64,000 nt of DNA from Raja brachyura (Eukaryota), in NCBI GenBank assembly GCA_963514005.1, contig OY740823.1, positions 620,001 through 684,000 of the forward strand. Direction: 5' to 3'. The translations under genes and the position numbers were made by a program. Shown piece by piece: positions 13,801-26,954 of this stretch; the first letter of the stretch is position 1; every line of letters begins with the position of its first letter. The notes beneath the pieces are model-generated. The model saw nothing but the letters and a program-made list of their open reading frames with translations. It was not told where the DNA came from and searched no databases.

Positions 13801-16800
13801 ATAACGGCCAAGTTCGGAGCCATAGAGCTGACACCCTGAGAAAATTGATCAGATGTTTTTTCCAATGTTGATATTTGTCTTGTGCAATGTTGGTATTTTT
13901 CTGGATTGCACTGGCCCCTCGTCCGTCAGTTTCTTCTTTACCGCAAATATAGAAGAGAGGTATGCATTTAATACCTCTCCAATTTCCCGTGGTTCCGTAC
14001 ACAGGTTCCTTCACAGACCTTTAAGTGGGCCTAGGTGGTACACATACGTTATAAACAATAGGGTAACTGAGGAGACGACAGTACCACTGAAGACAACGGC
14101 GGAAAAATGTACGCCTGGAACCAGAGGTAGTAGGCGTAACATAGGAGTAGATTGTGTAGATATTTAAGAAGGGTAAGGTCAATCTAAGGCGGTATTCTAA
14201 TGAGTGATCATATTTTGAAAGATGTGGTATTTTTTTACAAGAATATTAAGCTGGATGGGTTGCAAGGTCTGATGAGATCTATCCCAAGATATTGTGGGAA
14301 GGAAATTATGCGATTACCGCCAGCTGGCAGAGTATGTCACAGACTCGTAGAGTGATAAAGCGTGAAAACATGCCCTGCTTCCCAGGTAGCCCACACCGGC
14401 CAACATGTCCCAGCAACACTAGCGCCACCTGCCTGCCTTTGTTCCATATCCCACCAAACCTGCCCTATTCAAGTACATGTCCAACTGTGTCTTCAAAGTC
14501 ATGAACGTCCCAACATCAACTACCTCCTCTGGCAGCTTGTTTCATAAACCCACCACCATTTGTGTGAAACGTTCTCCATCAGACTCGTATAAAATATTTC
14601 CCCCTTCAACTTAAACGTATGTCCTCTGGCTCTCGATTCGCCTAGTCAAGGCAAAAAAACTGTGTGCATCTACCCGATCTATTCCTCTCATGATTTTATA
14701 GACCTCTACATCCTACATGCGCGCCAGGGAATAGAATGTTAGCCTGCTGAACCACTCCCTGTAGCGCAGACCCTCTAGTTCTGGCAATATCCTCGCAAAT
14801 CTTCTCTGTACCCTTTCCAGCTTGACAACATATTTCCAATAACTTGGTGCCAAGGACTGAACACAGTACTCTAAATGCGGTCTCACCAACGTCTTATACA
14901 ACTGCAACATAACCTCGAAATATCCATACTCAATACTGATGAAGGCCAATGTACCTGCAACTCAAACTTCAAGGAACCATGCCCATGTACTCCTAGATCC
15001 CTCTGCCCAAGACCACTCCCCAGTGCCCGACCATGCACAGTGTAGGCCCTCCAACGTTCGTCATCCCAAAAACACCTCTCATTTATCTGTCTTAAATTCC
15101 ATCAAACATTACTGAGACCACCTGATCATTCGATCAAGATCCTGCTGCATTTTTTTCGCAACAAACGTGTCTCCATTTGTGAGCAACTAGAGAATGATAT
15201 AGGTACTCATTGTTGTTTCTATGTAAATGAACGTAGGAAGAGAAAGATTACAATGTTACAGACCGCTGAACCAGACGCAAGTAACAGGAAAATTATCGGT
15301 AAAATTATCAGTTCAAATAATGTCTCAAGTCTGCTGAAGTACAAACTATGTAAACTTTAGAAATGGCTTGGTGCGAGGGAATAGGTGTCTTACAATCTTC
15401 CTAGTCTCCCTCTTTTTCAGGTGCAGCGCATTCCAGTTCTACTGGTCACTTTTTCCCCAAACGAGATACCAATGCTCCATGAACAAGAACTCTCCCTCCT
15501 GCACCTGCTCCTCTGCCACACACTCGTTCACCTAATCGTTTTTTCCCCACGCTCACTAGAAGGTGACATAGCAATCCTGCGACTACATTCCAAGAGACAC
15601 TGCACCTCACCTTGTTCCTTAAATCCATATATTCACTCTGCACTCGNNNNNNNNNNNNNNNNNNNNNNNNNNNNNNNNNNNNNNNNNNNNNNNNNNNNNN
15701 NNNNNNNNNNNNNNNNNNNNNNNNNNNNNNNNNNNNNNNNNNNNNNNNNNNNNNNNNNNNNNNNNNNNNNNNNNNNNNNNNNNNNNNNNNNNNNNNNNNN
15801 NNNNNNNNNNNNNNNNNNNNNNNNNNNNNNNNNNNNNNNNNNNNNNNNNNNNNTAGGATAGAGTGAGAACGCGTCAGGGATAGTGGGGACTCGAATAAGA
15901 GAGCAGGAGTGCAGCCCATTGACGTGCACGGGCATTGGTAAATATTCAGAAGGCACGCAATCAGTCAGCGCCGTTGCCAAGATTGACTCGAACATCGTGT
16001 CCTGTTCGCAAACTCGCGGCGTCCGACCTTTCCGTGTCAATAGCTTATGACATCAATTGCAGGTGGAATTTTCCATCCAAGCACAACATATTACATCCCG
16101 AATTTATCAACTGTAGCTCTTCCCTTTCTGTTTCGATTCCAGGAGAAGGTGAGATACGAATTGAATCAGAAGTGTCGCCAATATGATGAATCAAGAATCA
16201 AACTGTCGTATGTGCAGTCAATGGAATAAATACATTCGTTTTTGCAGCAACATACCTGATCTTCAAGCTATACGATAATAGATAATAGATACGATAACTA
16301 AGCAAACAACCAATAATGTAATCATCACAATACAAATGAAATAAACAAAATGAGTGCAACCAAAGTCTCCGACCACCATTTCTCTGAAAGCGTTCCCCCT
16401 CAGATTCCTATTCATTATTTTCCTCTTCGACTTAAACATATGTCCTCTCGTTCTCGATTCACCTACTCTGGACAAGCGACTATGTGCATCTACCCGATCT
16501 ATTGCTCTCATAATTTTATAGACCTCTATGAGATCACCCCTCATGTCCATGAACGCCAGGGAATAAAATCCCAGTCTTCTAAACCCATCCCTGCAGCTCA
16601 GACCCTGTGGTTCTGGCAATATCCTCGTAAATCATCTCTGCACCCTTTCCAGCTTGACAACATCTTTCCAATAACTTGGTGTCAAGAACGGAACACAATC
16701 CTCTAAATGCGGTCTCACCAACGTCTTATACAACTTACGTTAGCTCCATCCATTTTCTGCACATGAAGGGCAATTTACGGTGGCCTATCATAGCTGCAGC

Positions 16801-17737
16801 ATTTGGATTGCGAGAGGAAACGGGAACGCCACGAAGAATCACACGAGGGCACAGGGAGAACGTGCAAACTCCATAGAGACGGCAGTCGAGGTAAGGATCG
16901 AAGCCGAGTCTTTGGCGCTGTGAGGCAGCAACTATACAAGCCTCGCCACTGTGCCGTAGTGTGAAAGAGCCTGATGGTTATCATGGAAACTGGCCCTTTG
17001 GCCTAACGAGCCAACGCCGAACATAGATCGCCTCGTCATATTATTTCTACGCTATCGCACCTTCACGTCGGCTCCCCGCACATTGGAGGCAATTTGTAAA
17101 GACCAGCTTCACGACAAACTCCTGCGGCTTTTGGAAGCGTTCGGAAACCGTGGGACACGGATTAAACGTACGCGGTTTAAGCATTATATGCTCTATTCTG
17201 TACTTGTACGTTATGGACAGCATGATCGTAATAATGTACAATCGGTGTTCTCACTGGATATCAAGCGACCAAAAAAAAAGTGTTTAACAGTACTTCGGTG
17301 AACGTGACAAAACACTAAACTAAACTGAACTGATCTGAACACGGTCAGGATCGAACCCGCTTTTGTGGCGGCGAGAGAGCAGCAACTCTCGCAGCTGCGC
17401 CACGGCACAGCCCCAAGTTAGGTTAAATTAAAATGTGTTGGAGATTAATGTGGAAAACCTACTGGTCCTGCACTTCCAACCTCCCAAGGTGGCCAGATGG
17501 ACGGAAATGCCACTCCCCCCCCCCCCCCCCGGAGTTGGGAACCGCTGGTAATTGCCCGGAGTTGGGAACCGCTCGTTCTCCTTGTCACCGCGTGGGTTTC
17601 CATGTTTGTTCCTGGGAGAACTTGTCGGTATTGTGAAGGAAATAGACGTAAACGTGGGATAACATATAATTAGTGCGAATGAACTAATGATGGTCCATTG
17701 AACCTCGATGGGCTAAAGGGCTTCCCCGTCTATCAAT

Positions 17738-17910
17738 AAACTAAACAGAACAAAACTGAAGGAAACGAAACTAAACTAAACTCAACTAATCCAAACTCAA
17801 CTCCACTCAAGTCAATTCAACGCAACACAATTCACCTCAACTCAACTCAACTCAACTAAACTAAACCAACCTGAACTAAATTAAACCAAACTGAACTAAA
17901 ATAAATTAAT
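17738..17910. repeat. (ACTAA/ACTCA)n array; inverted paralog at 57340-57500
   Basis: Direct reading of the sequence. Confidence 0.88.
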
Positions 17911-18039
17911 CCCTTCATGCATTACTCACTCACGATTCTCCTCGTTTCGTGTTCTCCAAGCAGGCGACATTATAAATGACCATCTCCAGCAGAGGCAGTT
18001 TCTGGTAGTTCTATATTATATATTAATGTATAAATATTA

Positions 18040-20850
18040 TTATATATTAATGATTTGGAAGGGGGAATTAAGAGCAACACTAGCAAGTGTTGCGGATGAC
18101 ACTAATCTGCGTGGCAGTGTGAACTGTGAATGGGATGTAAGGAGGTTGCAGGGTGACCTGGACAGGTTGAATGTGTGGGGAGGTGCGTGGGAGATGCAGT
18201 ATAATATATATAAATTTGAGGTTATCCACTTTGGGGGCAAAAACAAAGGGGCAGATTATTATCTCAATAGGGTAAGGTTAGGTAAGGAAAGTTGGCGCGC
18301 AAGTACAGCAGGCAGTGAAGAAAGCGAATGGAATGTTGGCCTTCATAACAATAGGATTTCAATTTGGTAGTAAATAGGTTATTCTGCAGGTGTATGGGGC
18401 TCTGGTAAGACCACATATGGACTATTGTGTACACTTCGGTCTCCTAATTTGAGGAAGGACATCCTTGTGATTGAGGTCGTCCAGCATAGGTTCACGAGAC
18501 TGATCCATGGGATGGCGGGACTGTCGTATGAGGAAAGATAAAAAATACTGGGCTTGTATTAATTGGAGTATTAAAGTATGAGGGGTGTCTTAAAGAATCA
18601 TTTAAAATTATAAAAAGGTCTGGATAAAGTAGATGCAGGAAATCTATTCCCAATGTTGGGCGAGTCCAGAACCAGGGTACACGGTCTTAGAATAAATTTG
18701 AGAAGGAGAAGGTTAAATCGGAAGTGGCAGTGATGCAGCTGAACAAAAGGGTTTATGAAGGCATGAGTGAGGAGCTGGCCAAGGTAGACTGGGAAGGGAT
18801 ACTAGCAGGAATGACGGTGGAACAGCAATGGCAGGAATGTATTTGCATAATCCGAAAGACACAGGATCATTTCATTCCAAAAAGGAGGAATTCTAAGGTG
18901 AGTAGGAGGCAACCCTGGCTGACAAGAGAAGTTAGGGATAGAATAAAACTTTAAATAAAAGATGTTTAACGCAGCAAAGAGTAGCCGAGGCCAGAGGACT
19001 GGGAACTTTCATAGGACAACAGAAGGAAACAAAATGGGCATACGGGCTGAAAAGATAAAGTACGAATTGAAGCTGGCCAGGAATATAAAAAAGGACTGTA
19101 AAAGCCTCATTAGATATGTTAAGGGAAAAAGAGTAGCAGCGTCAAATGTGGGTCCCTTGAAGGCAGACACGGTGAAATTATTATGGGGATAAATGAAATG
19201 GCAGAAAAGTTACTTCGAATCTGTCTTCACTAAGGAAAACACAAACAATCTCCCCGAAGTACTGGAGGACAGAGGATCTAATGGGGTCGAGGAACTGAAA
19301 GAAAGTTTCATTAGGCGAGAAATAGTATTGGGTAGGCTAATGGGACTAAAGGATGGTAAATCCCCGCGGCCTGATGGACTGCATCCCAGGGTCCTCAGAG
19401 ATGTGGCTCCAGAAACAGTGGACGCATTGGTGATATTTTTCTAATGTTCAATAGATTCAGGATCAGTTCCTGTGGATTGTCGGATACCTAATGATAGCCT
19501 GACTTCGGTGGTGGGAAAGATGCTGGAGTCAATTATTAAAGTGGTAATAATGGGGCATTTGTATAGCAGTAAAAGGATTAGTGCAAGTCCGCATGGATTT
19601 ATGAAAGTAAATCATGCTTGACTAATCTTCTGGAATTTTTTGAGGATGTGACAAGTAAATTGGATGAAAGGGAGCCTGTGGATGTAGTGCATCTAGTCTT
19701 TCGGAACGTGTTTGATTACGCCCCGCACGGGAGACTGGTGATTAAAATTAGACCCCATGGCATTGGGAGTCAAAGCAAAGAGTAGGAGTGAACGGGACCT
19801 TTTCAGAATGGCAGGCAGTGGCGAGTGGAGTGCCTCAAGGCTTGGTGTTGCGGCCGCATCTGTTTGACATATGTATTAATCAATTGGAAGAGGGAATTGG
19901 CAGCACCTCTAGCAAGTTTGCGGATGACACAAAGCTGGGTGGCAGTGTGAACAGTGAAGAGGATGTTAGGAGGTTGCAGGGTGACCTAAACAGGTTGAGT
20001 GGGTGAGCAGATGCGTGGCAGGTGCACTATTATATAGATACGTGTGAGGTTATCCACATTGGTGGCAAAAAACAAGGGACAGCTTATTATCTCAATTCGG
20101 TTAAGTTAGGAAAGGGGGAGGTACAGCGAGACCCGGGTGTCCTTGTACACGGGTCACTGAAAGTTTTCGTGCAGGTGCATCAGGCAGTTGAGAAAGCTAA
20201 TGGAATTTTGGCATTCATAACAAGAGGATTTCAGTATAGAAATAGAGAGGCTCTTCTGCAGTTTTATAGGGGTCTGGTAAGACCACATCTGGAGTATTGC
20301 GTACAGTTTTGGTCTCCTAATTTGAGGAAGGACATCCTTGTGATTGAGGTAGTGTAGCGTAGGTTCACGAGATTGATTTCTGGAATGGCGGGGCTGTCAT
20401 ATGAGGAAAGATTGAAAAGACTAGGCTTGTATTCACTAGAGTGTAAAAGGATGAGGGGGATCTCATAGAAACAAATCCAATTATAAAAGAACTGGAAAGC
20501 TAGATGCAGGAATAATGTTCCCAATGTTGGGCGAGTCCAGAACCAGGGGCCACAATCTTCGAATAAAAAGGGAGGTCATTTAAGACTGAGGTGAAAAAAA
20601 ACGTTTTGGCCCAGCGAGTTGTGAATTTGTGGAATTACCTACCTCAGAGGGCAGTGGAGGCCAAATCACTGGATGGATTTAAGAGAGAGTTAGATAGAGC
20701 TCCAGGGGCTAGTGGAGTCAAAGGATATGGGGAGAATGCAGGCACGGGTTATTGATTGGGGACGATCAGCCATGATCGCAATGAATGGCGTTGCTGGCTA
20801 GAAGGGTCCAACGGCTTCCTCCTGCACCTATTTTCTACTTTTTTTGTTCC
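18040..20850 (+). mobile_element. Two stacked degenerate CR1 fragments (paralog 54750-57200, minus strand)
   Basis: RT and C-terminal motifs in ORFs 18026-20357. Confidence 0.85.
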
Positions 20851-23800
20851 TAGTTCACTGAATTTGCACAGCGATTCTTACAGAATATTGTATTTGCACT
20901 TCCAGTATGATTTCCAAATGGTTTATGTCGTCCATCTCGAAAACTATCAACTTATTAAATATTTCTGAGGTTTCACAGGTTTTGAATCATTCCGGCAACG
21001 ATACACAAATATGGACCGAAGTGACCAAACCTGCAGAATCACATGATCCCGCAGATTCACAGAGACTCGGTGTGAGCTGCAACCCCGACAGCTTTGAAAG
21101 TAAGTAGGACTACCTTCTCTCGAATTTACCGAAATTGCTCACTATTCATATGACAAAAGAATTGGGGGGGGGGGGGGTTGTGGTCTGCTGGTGTGAATGG
21201 GGGGTTACATTTGATTAGTTACCTGCGTTGCTACTGTGTGGGTCTGTGTGAATGCGCGCACACCTTCCAGCTATGTCTTTATGGAAGGTTTGCATGCGTT
21301 TTATGTGCGAGAGCGCCTGTGTATGTGTGCGTTTTTGAATGCGTGTGTGTTATGTATATGCTGTGTTCTGTGTGTTCTCTATAGGCAGTATTGAGTGCAA
21401 GTGTGAGCGCAGGGTGGGGTGGGGTGTGTGTGCATGCCTGGGGGGGGATTTGTACGTATGTGTATGTGTGTATTCAATGATCAGATGATTCAATTATGCT
21501 TTATTGTTCACAAGTGCCTAGGTTCAGCGAAATACTTTGTTTTGCACACAACCCGGTAAAATCGTCAGACACCACGTCAACAGTCATGAAATGTAGTCAC
21601 GTTTCTAGTGCTGACGAAGTTACAAACGATTACGGACCAGTCCTATCTTCTGCCTGCCGCGGCACCTGGTATCAGACTCAATCCCTCCCCCCACACGCTT
21701 CCCCGCCGGATCCCCCCTTCAATCTCGCCGCCCGCCCCCCGCCCCCCCGCCCCCCCCCCCCCCCCCTCCCCCCCATTTTTGATCTCGGCATTGTCGCCTC
21801 CTTGCCAAAATAAAATGTCCATTTGACTCTCTAAAATACATTGGGAAATGTAAACTTTCGACGTTGTTTCTGGTAGAAGTGTTGCAACGGGGCCTCACGC
21901 AGATGTGCAATGCCGTTTTAGAGCAAAATGAATTTGGCTACAAATCCCACAGCAAACCCGAAGCCAAATTCATCACTGCTAAATGTCCAGGAGTCATGTG
22001 GATGGTGAAGTTCAAGATGGGTAGGATAACTAACCGTTCTGGCCCCGGACGATTGAGGCATTTAGTTGGGGGAATGAGTGTGTTGACAGCCAATATCACA
22101 ATTCAAATATGTTTCTTTTTGTGCCGAAATCCTTTTTTTGTCTGATTCGGGAATTTTGTTGAACTTACAGACCCCGAACGGTGATTAAAATCGTCGAGTT
22201 ATACATAACAGGAACATCCCAATTCAGTCCCTCTGATTCGTGCCGAACAGGTTACCTAACTGAGCTGGAAGAGAGACACGAACGGCTCGGTAAACTGAGC
22301 GAGTAAGGCAGCATCTTTGGAGAAAATGAATTTGTGACATTTCGTGTCGAGACTTCTTCAGACTGAGAATCAGGGGAAAGAGAAACGAGATATAGCAGTT
22401 GGTATGGAGATAGAGAACATTTGAATTAAAAATTTGCAAAATGTAACGATGATCAAGGAAAGGTGAAGCCCACAGTGGTCCATTTATATTATCTGCAGAA
22501 AATGCATATTCCAACAGAATCATTGGCTCATGCATCTAGTCCCACCTTACGAAAATGGTGGGGGCGTCTGGAACGCGCTGCCAATGGCAGTATTAGTATG
22601 CAGTATAAAATAGTATGCAGTATGCAGTATAAAATCTGCATATAATGAGATTTTATTATTTGAGTGTTTGGTATTGTATCCATGAATATTCGGATGACTT
22701 CTTATACTTTCTGCTAAAGGCTCGATCACTGGTGCAAATAACAGAGGCGATAGTGCGCACCCCTGCCTATTGCCCCTTGCTAATTGGAATTTCGGGGATA
22801 ACATATTATTAGTCATATAAGTTTAGTATTCTAGCTGTAGGCTTATCGAATAATAATTTTACCCATGTGATAAAGTTATCTCCCATGTTAAATCTTTGAA
22901 AAAATATTGCCATTCTACTTGATCAGAATTTTATTAATATCTTTAGGTAGTGTTAGTAATTCCCCATTGTCTAATTTAATTTTAGTAATTGTATTTACTG
23001 TTTCCCGTTTTTTTCAGTTGGCGTACTAAGAGTTTATGTGGTTTATAACCAAATTCGAATTTTTCTGGTTTTGTAATTTGAAATAATCTTATTATTCTGG
23101 CCGATAAAATTGTATTTAATTCATATTTTAGTATTGTTATCTTATTATGTTTGTCTATAGTTGGTTCTTTGGCATTTTCTAAATCTAATTGTCTAATTTC
23201 TCGTTCTAACTGCAGTTGTTCAGTGTTATTCTTGTTATTTTGGAAAGCTTGATATGAAATTATAGTTCCTCTAATAAATGCCTTAAAAGTTCCCCATAAT
23301 AAGGAAGGCGAAGTGTCTGGTGTATCATTTGTCTCAAAGAAGAATATCATCTGCTGTATTAAATATGTGCAACCTTGTGAGTTGTTTAAGATTTGGGGGC
23401 TAAACCTCCAGAACGATTTCTTATCAGGCATTCCTTCTAATTTTAAGGAAAAAGGTAACGGGGAATGATCAGAAATAATACTATTATGATATTTAGAATT
23501 ATATGTATATGGAATTAATTTCGTATCCACTAAGAAAAAATCAATACGTAAATATGTTTTATGTACCGTTGAATAAAATGAATATTCCCTACCTACTGGG
23601 TTAGCGATCCTCCATACATCTGTTATGTTGGTATTTTTCATGTATGTATTTAGGAATTCACTAGTTTTAGATTTTATGTTAATCCTTTTCTGTTTTGCTG
23701 ATTTATCCAGATATGGATCTAAAACACAATTCAACTCTCCCCCTATTATCACATTTTGATAGTTAAGTTCTGAAATTGTATCCAGAATTTTACTAAAGAA

Positions 23801-23895
23801 TTTGGGGTGGTCAAAATTAGGAGTATAAATATTTATCAAAGTAAGTGGAGTAGAATGAATTTCTCCCACGACTATGACGTACCTCCCCTCTTTAT

Positions 23896-26800
23896 AACCA
23901 TATAACCATATAACAATTACAGCACGGAAACAGGCCATCTCGGCCCTTCAAGTCCGTGCCGAACAACTTTTTTCCCTTAGTCCCACCTGCCTGCACTAAT
24001 ACCATAACCCTCCATACCCTTCTCATCCATATGCCTATCCAATTTATTTTTAAATGATACCAACGAACCTGCCGCCACCACTTCCACTGGAAGCTCATTC
24101 CACACCGCTACCACTCTCTGAGTAAAGAACTTCCCCCTCATGTTACCCCTAAACCTCTGTCCCTTAATTCTAAAGTCATGTCCTCTTGTTTGAATCTTCC
24201 CTATTCTCAAAGGGAAAAGCTTGTCCACATTAACTCTGTCTATCCCTCTCATCATTTTAAAGACCTCTATCAAGTCCCCCCTTAACCTTCTGCGCTCCAG
24301 AAAATAAAGACCTAACTTATTCAACCTATCTCTGTAACTTAGCTGTTGAAACCCAGGCAACATTCTAGTAAATCTCCTCTGTACCCTCTCTATTTTGTTG
24401 ACATCCTTCCTATAATTGGGCGACCAAAATTGTACACCATACTCCAGATTTGGTCTCACCAACGCCTTGTACAATTTTAACATTACATCCCAGCTTCTAT
24501 ACTCAATGCTCTGATTTATAAAGGCTAGCATACCAAAAGCTTTCTTTACCACCCTATCTATATGAGATTCTACCTTCAAGGAACTATGCACGGTTATTCC
24601 CAGATCCCTCTGTTCAACTGTATTCTTCAATTCCCTACCGTTTACCATGTACGTCCTATTTTGATTTGTCCTGCCAAGGTGTAGCACCTCACATTTATCA
24701 GCATTAAACTCCATCTGCCATCTTTCAGCCCATTTTTCCAACTGGCCTAAATCACTCTGTAGACTTTGGAAATCCTCTTCATTATCCACAACACCCCCTA
24801 TCTTGGTATCATCTGCATACTTACTAATCCAATTTACCACCCCTTCATCCAGATCATTGATGTACATGACAAACAACAAAGGACCCAACACAGATCCTTG
24901 AGGCACCCCACTAGTCACCTGCCTCCAACCCGACAAACAGCCATCCACCATTACCCTCTGGCTTCTCCCATTCAGCCACTGTTGAATCCATCTTGCTATT
25001 CCTGCATTTATACCCAACAGTTGAACCTTCTTAACCAACCTTCCATGAGGAACCTTGTCAAAGGCCTTACTGAAGTCCATATAGACAACATCCACTGCTT
25101 TACCCTCGTCAATTTCCCTAGTAACCTCTTCAAAAAATTCAAGAAGATTAGTCAAACATGACCTTCCAGGCATAAATCCATGTTGACTGTTCCTAATTAG
25201 ACCCTCTTTATCCAGATACTTATATATATTATCTCTAAGTATCTTTTCCATTAATTTGCCCACCACTGAAGTCAAACTAACCGGTCTATAATTGCTAGGT
25301 TTACTTTTAGAACCCTTTTTAAACAATGGAACAACATGCGCAGTACGCCAATCCTCGGGGACTATTCCAGTTTCTAATGACATTTGAAATATTTCTGTCA
25401 TAGCCCCGGCTATTTCTACACTAACTTCCCTCAATGTCCTAGGGAATATCCTGTCAGGACCTGGAGACTTATCCACTTTTATATTTTTCAAAAGTGCCAG
25501 TACTTCTTTTACTTTGAAACTCATAGTATCCATAGCTACTCTACTAGTTTCCCTTACCTCACATAATTCAATATCCTTCTCCTTGGTGAATACCGAAGAA
25601 AATAAATTGTTCAATATCTCCCCCATCTCTTTTGGCTCTGCAGATAGCTGTCCACTCGGTCTCTCCAATGGACCAATTTTATCCCTTGTTATCCTTTTGC
25701 TATTAACATAGCTGTAGAAACCCTTTGGATTTACTTTCACCTTACTTGCCAAAGCAACCTCATATCTTCTTTTAGCTTTTCTAATTTCTTTCTTTAGATT
25801 CTTTTTACATTCCTTATACTCAAGCACCTCATTTACTTCATGCTGCCTATAATTATTGTAGATCTCCCTCTTTTTCCGAACAAGATGTCCAATTTCCCTT
25901 GAAAACCAGGGCTCTTTCCAATTTTTACTGGTTCCTTTCAACCGAACAGGAACATAAAGATTCTGTACTCTTAAAATTTCCCCTTTAAATGTCCTCCATT
26001 TCTCCTCTACATCTTTCCCATAAAACAAAATGTCCCAGTTAACTCCTTTTAAATCATCTCGCATCTCGTTAAAGTTAGCCTTTCTCCAATCAAAAATCTC
26101 AACCCTAGGCCCAGTTCTGTCCTTCTCCATAATTATATTGAAACTAATGGTATTGTGATCACTGGACCCGAAGTGCTCCCCTACGCATACCTCCGCCACC
26201 TGTCCCGTCTCATTTCCTAACAGGAGGTCCAGCACTGCCCCTCCTCTAGTAGGCACCTCTATGTATTGCTGCAAAAAACTATCCTGCACAGATTTTACAA
26301 ACTCCAAACCATCCAGCCCATTTACAGAATGTGTTTCCCAGTCTATGTGTGGAAAGTTGAAATCTCCCACAATCACTACCTTGTGCTTACTACTAATATC
26401 TGCTATCTCTTTACATATTTGCTCTTCCAATTCTCGTTCCCCATTTGGCGGTCTATAATATACCCCTATAAGTGTTGCTACACCTTTCGCACTTCTAAGT
26501 TCCACCCAAATAGCCTCCCTAGATGAGCCCTCCAATCTATCCTGCCAAAGCACTGCTGTAATATCTTCCCTGACTAGCAATGCAACACCTCCACCTCTTG
26601 CCCCTCCAATTCTATCACACCTGAAGCAACGAAATCCTGGAATATTTAGTTTCCAATCACAGCCCTCCTGCAACCATGTTTCACTGATCGCCACAACATC
26701 ATACTTCCAGGTGTCTATCCAGACTCTAAGCTCATCCACCTTTCTTATAATGCTCCTAGCATTAAAATATGCACATTTAAGAAACCCCCCATCTCTTATT

Positions 26801-26954
26801 CTCTGTTTATTTCCTTTTTTCTTTCTCCTCTTGTGTCCGAGTGCTTCCCTTTTCTGCTTCCTGCCTCCCATTCTGTCTACTAGCTTTTGCTATTTGCATC
26901 CCTCGCCCCAACCATTCTAGTTTAAAGTCTCCCCAGTGGCCTTTGCAAATTTCC
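23896..26954 (-). mobile_element. Young 5'-truncated CR1-clade LINE inserted into L1 ORF2
   Basis: TSD ctttat (23890-5 / 26955-60), (ATATGGTT)n 3' tail, the last codons of ORF1, and a complete ORF2. Confidence 0.95.
23977..26871 (-). CDS. CR1 ORF2: APE endonuclease plus reverse transcriptase, 964 aa, uninterrupted
   Basis: YFNARS, ISETWL, GDFN and SSDH (EN motifs); QGSVLGP and YADD (RT motifs). Confidence 0.95.
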   Translation of the reverse strand: MGGRKQKREALGHKRRKKKGNKQRIRDGGFLKCAYFNARSIIRKVDELRVWIDTWKYDVVAISETWLQEGCDWKLNIPGFRCFRCDRIGGARGGGVALLVREDITAVLWQDRLEGSSREAIWVELRSAKGVATLIGVYYRPPNGERELEEQICKEIADISSKHKVVIVGDFNFPHIDWETHSVNGLDGLEFVKSVQDSFLQQYIEVPTRGGAVLDLLLGNETGQVAEVCVGEHFGSSDHNTISFNIIMEKDRTGPRVEIFDWRKANFNEMRDDLKGVNWDILFYGKDVEEKWRTFKGEILRVQNLYVPVRLKGTSKNWKEPWFSREIGHLVRKKREIYNNYRQHEVNEVLEYKECKKNLKKEIRKAKRRYEVALASKVKVNPKGFYSYVNSKRITRDKIGPLERPSGQLSAEPKEMGEILNNLFSSVFTKEKDIELCEVRETSRVAMDTMSFKVKEVLALLKNIKVDKSPGPDRIFPRTLREVSVEIAGAMTEIFQMSLETGIVPEDWRTAHVVPLFKKGSKSKPSNYRPVSLTSVVGKLMEKILRDNIYKYLDKEGLIRNSQHGFMPGRSCLTNLLEFFEEVTREIDEGKAVDVVYMDFSKAFDKVPHGRLVKKVQLLGINAGIARWIQQWLNGRSQRVMVDGCLSGWRQVTSGVPQGSVLGPLLFVMYINDLDEGVVNWISKYADDTKIGGVVDNEEDFQSLQSDLGQLEKWAERWQMEFNADKCEVLHLGRTNQNRTYMVNGRELKNTVEQRDLGITVHSSLKVESHIDRVVKKAFGMLAFINQSIEYRSWDVMLKLYKALVRPNLEYGVQFWSPNYRKDVNKIERVQRRFTRMLPGFQQLSYRDRLNKLGLYFLERRRLRGDLIEVFKMMRGIDRVNVDKLFPLRIGKIQTRGHDFRIKGQRFRGNMRGKFFTQRVVAVWNELPVEVVAAGSLVSFKNKLDRHMDEKGMEGYGISAGRWD

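Larger units (their letters stand above)
13102..22594 (+). repeat. Intergenic segment of copy C, inverted duplicate of 64000-52192
   Basis: 13102-13600 matches 64000-63487, and 15854-22594 matches 62280-52192, with the same nested SINE/CR1 fragments and microsatellites. 13600-15850 aligns only weakly because of gaps. Confidence 0.9.

Noticed and set aside
15385-16040. ORFs spanning N runs (also 31889-32575, 53642-54128, 62179-63704)
   Set aside because: Artefacts of translating through assembly gaps.
21864-22145. Possible cytoplasmic ITIM exon (..GVMWMVKFK; paralog 52850-53125)
   Set aside because: No Tyr-based motif, and the frames differ between the two copies.
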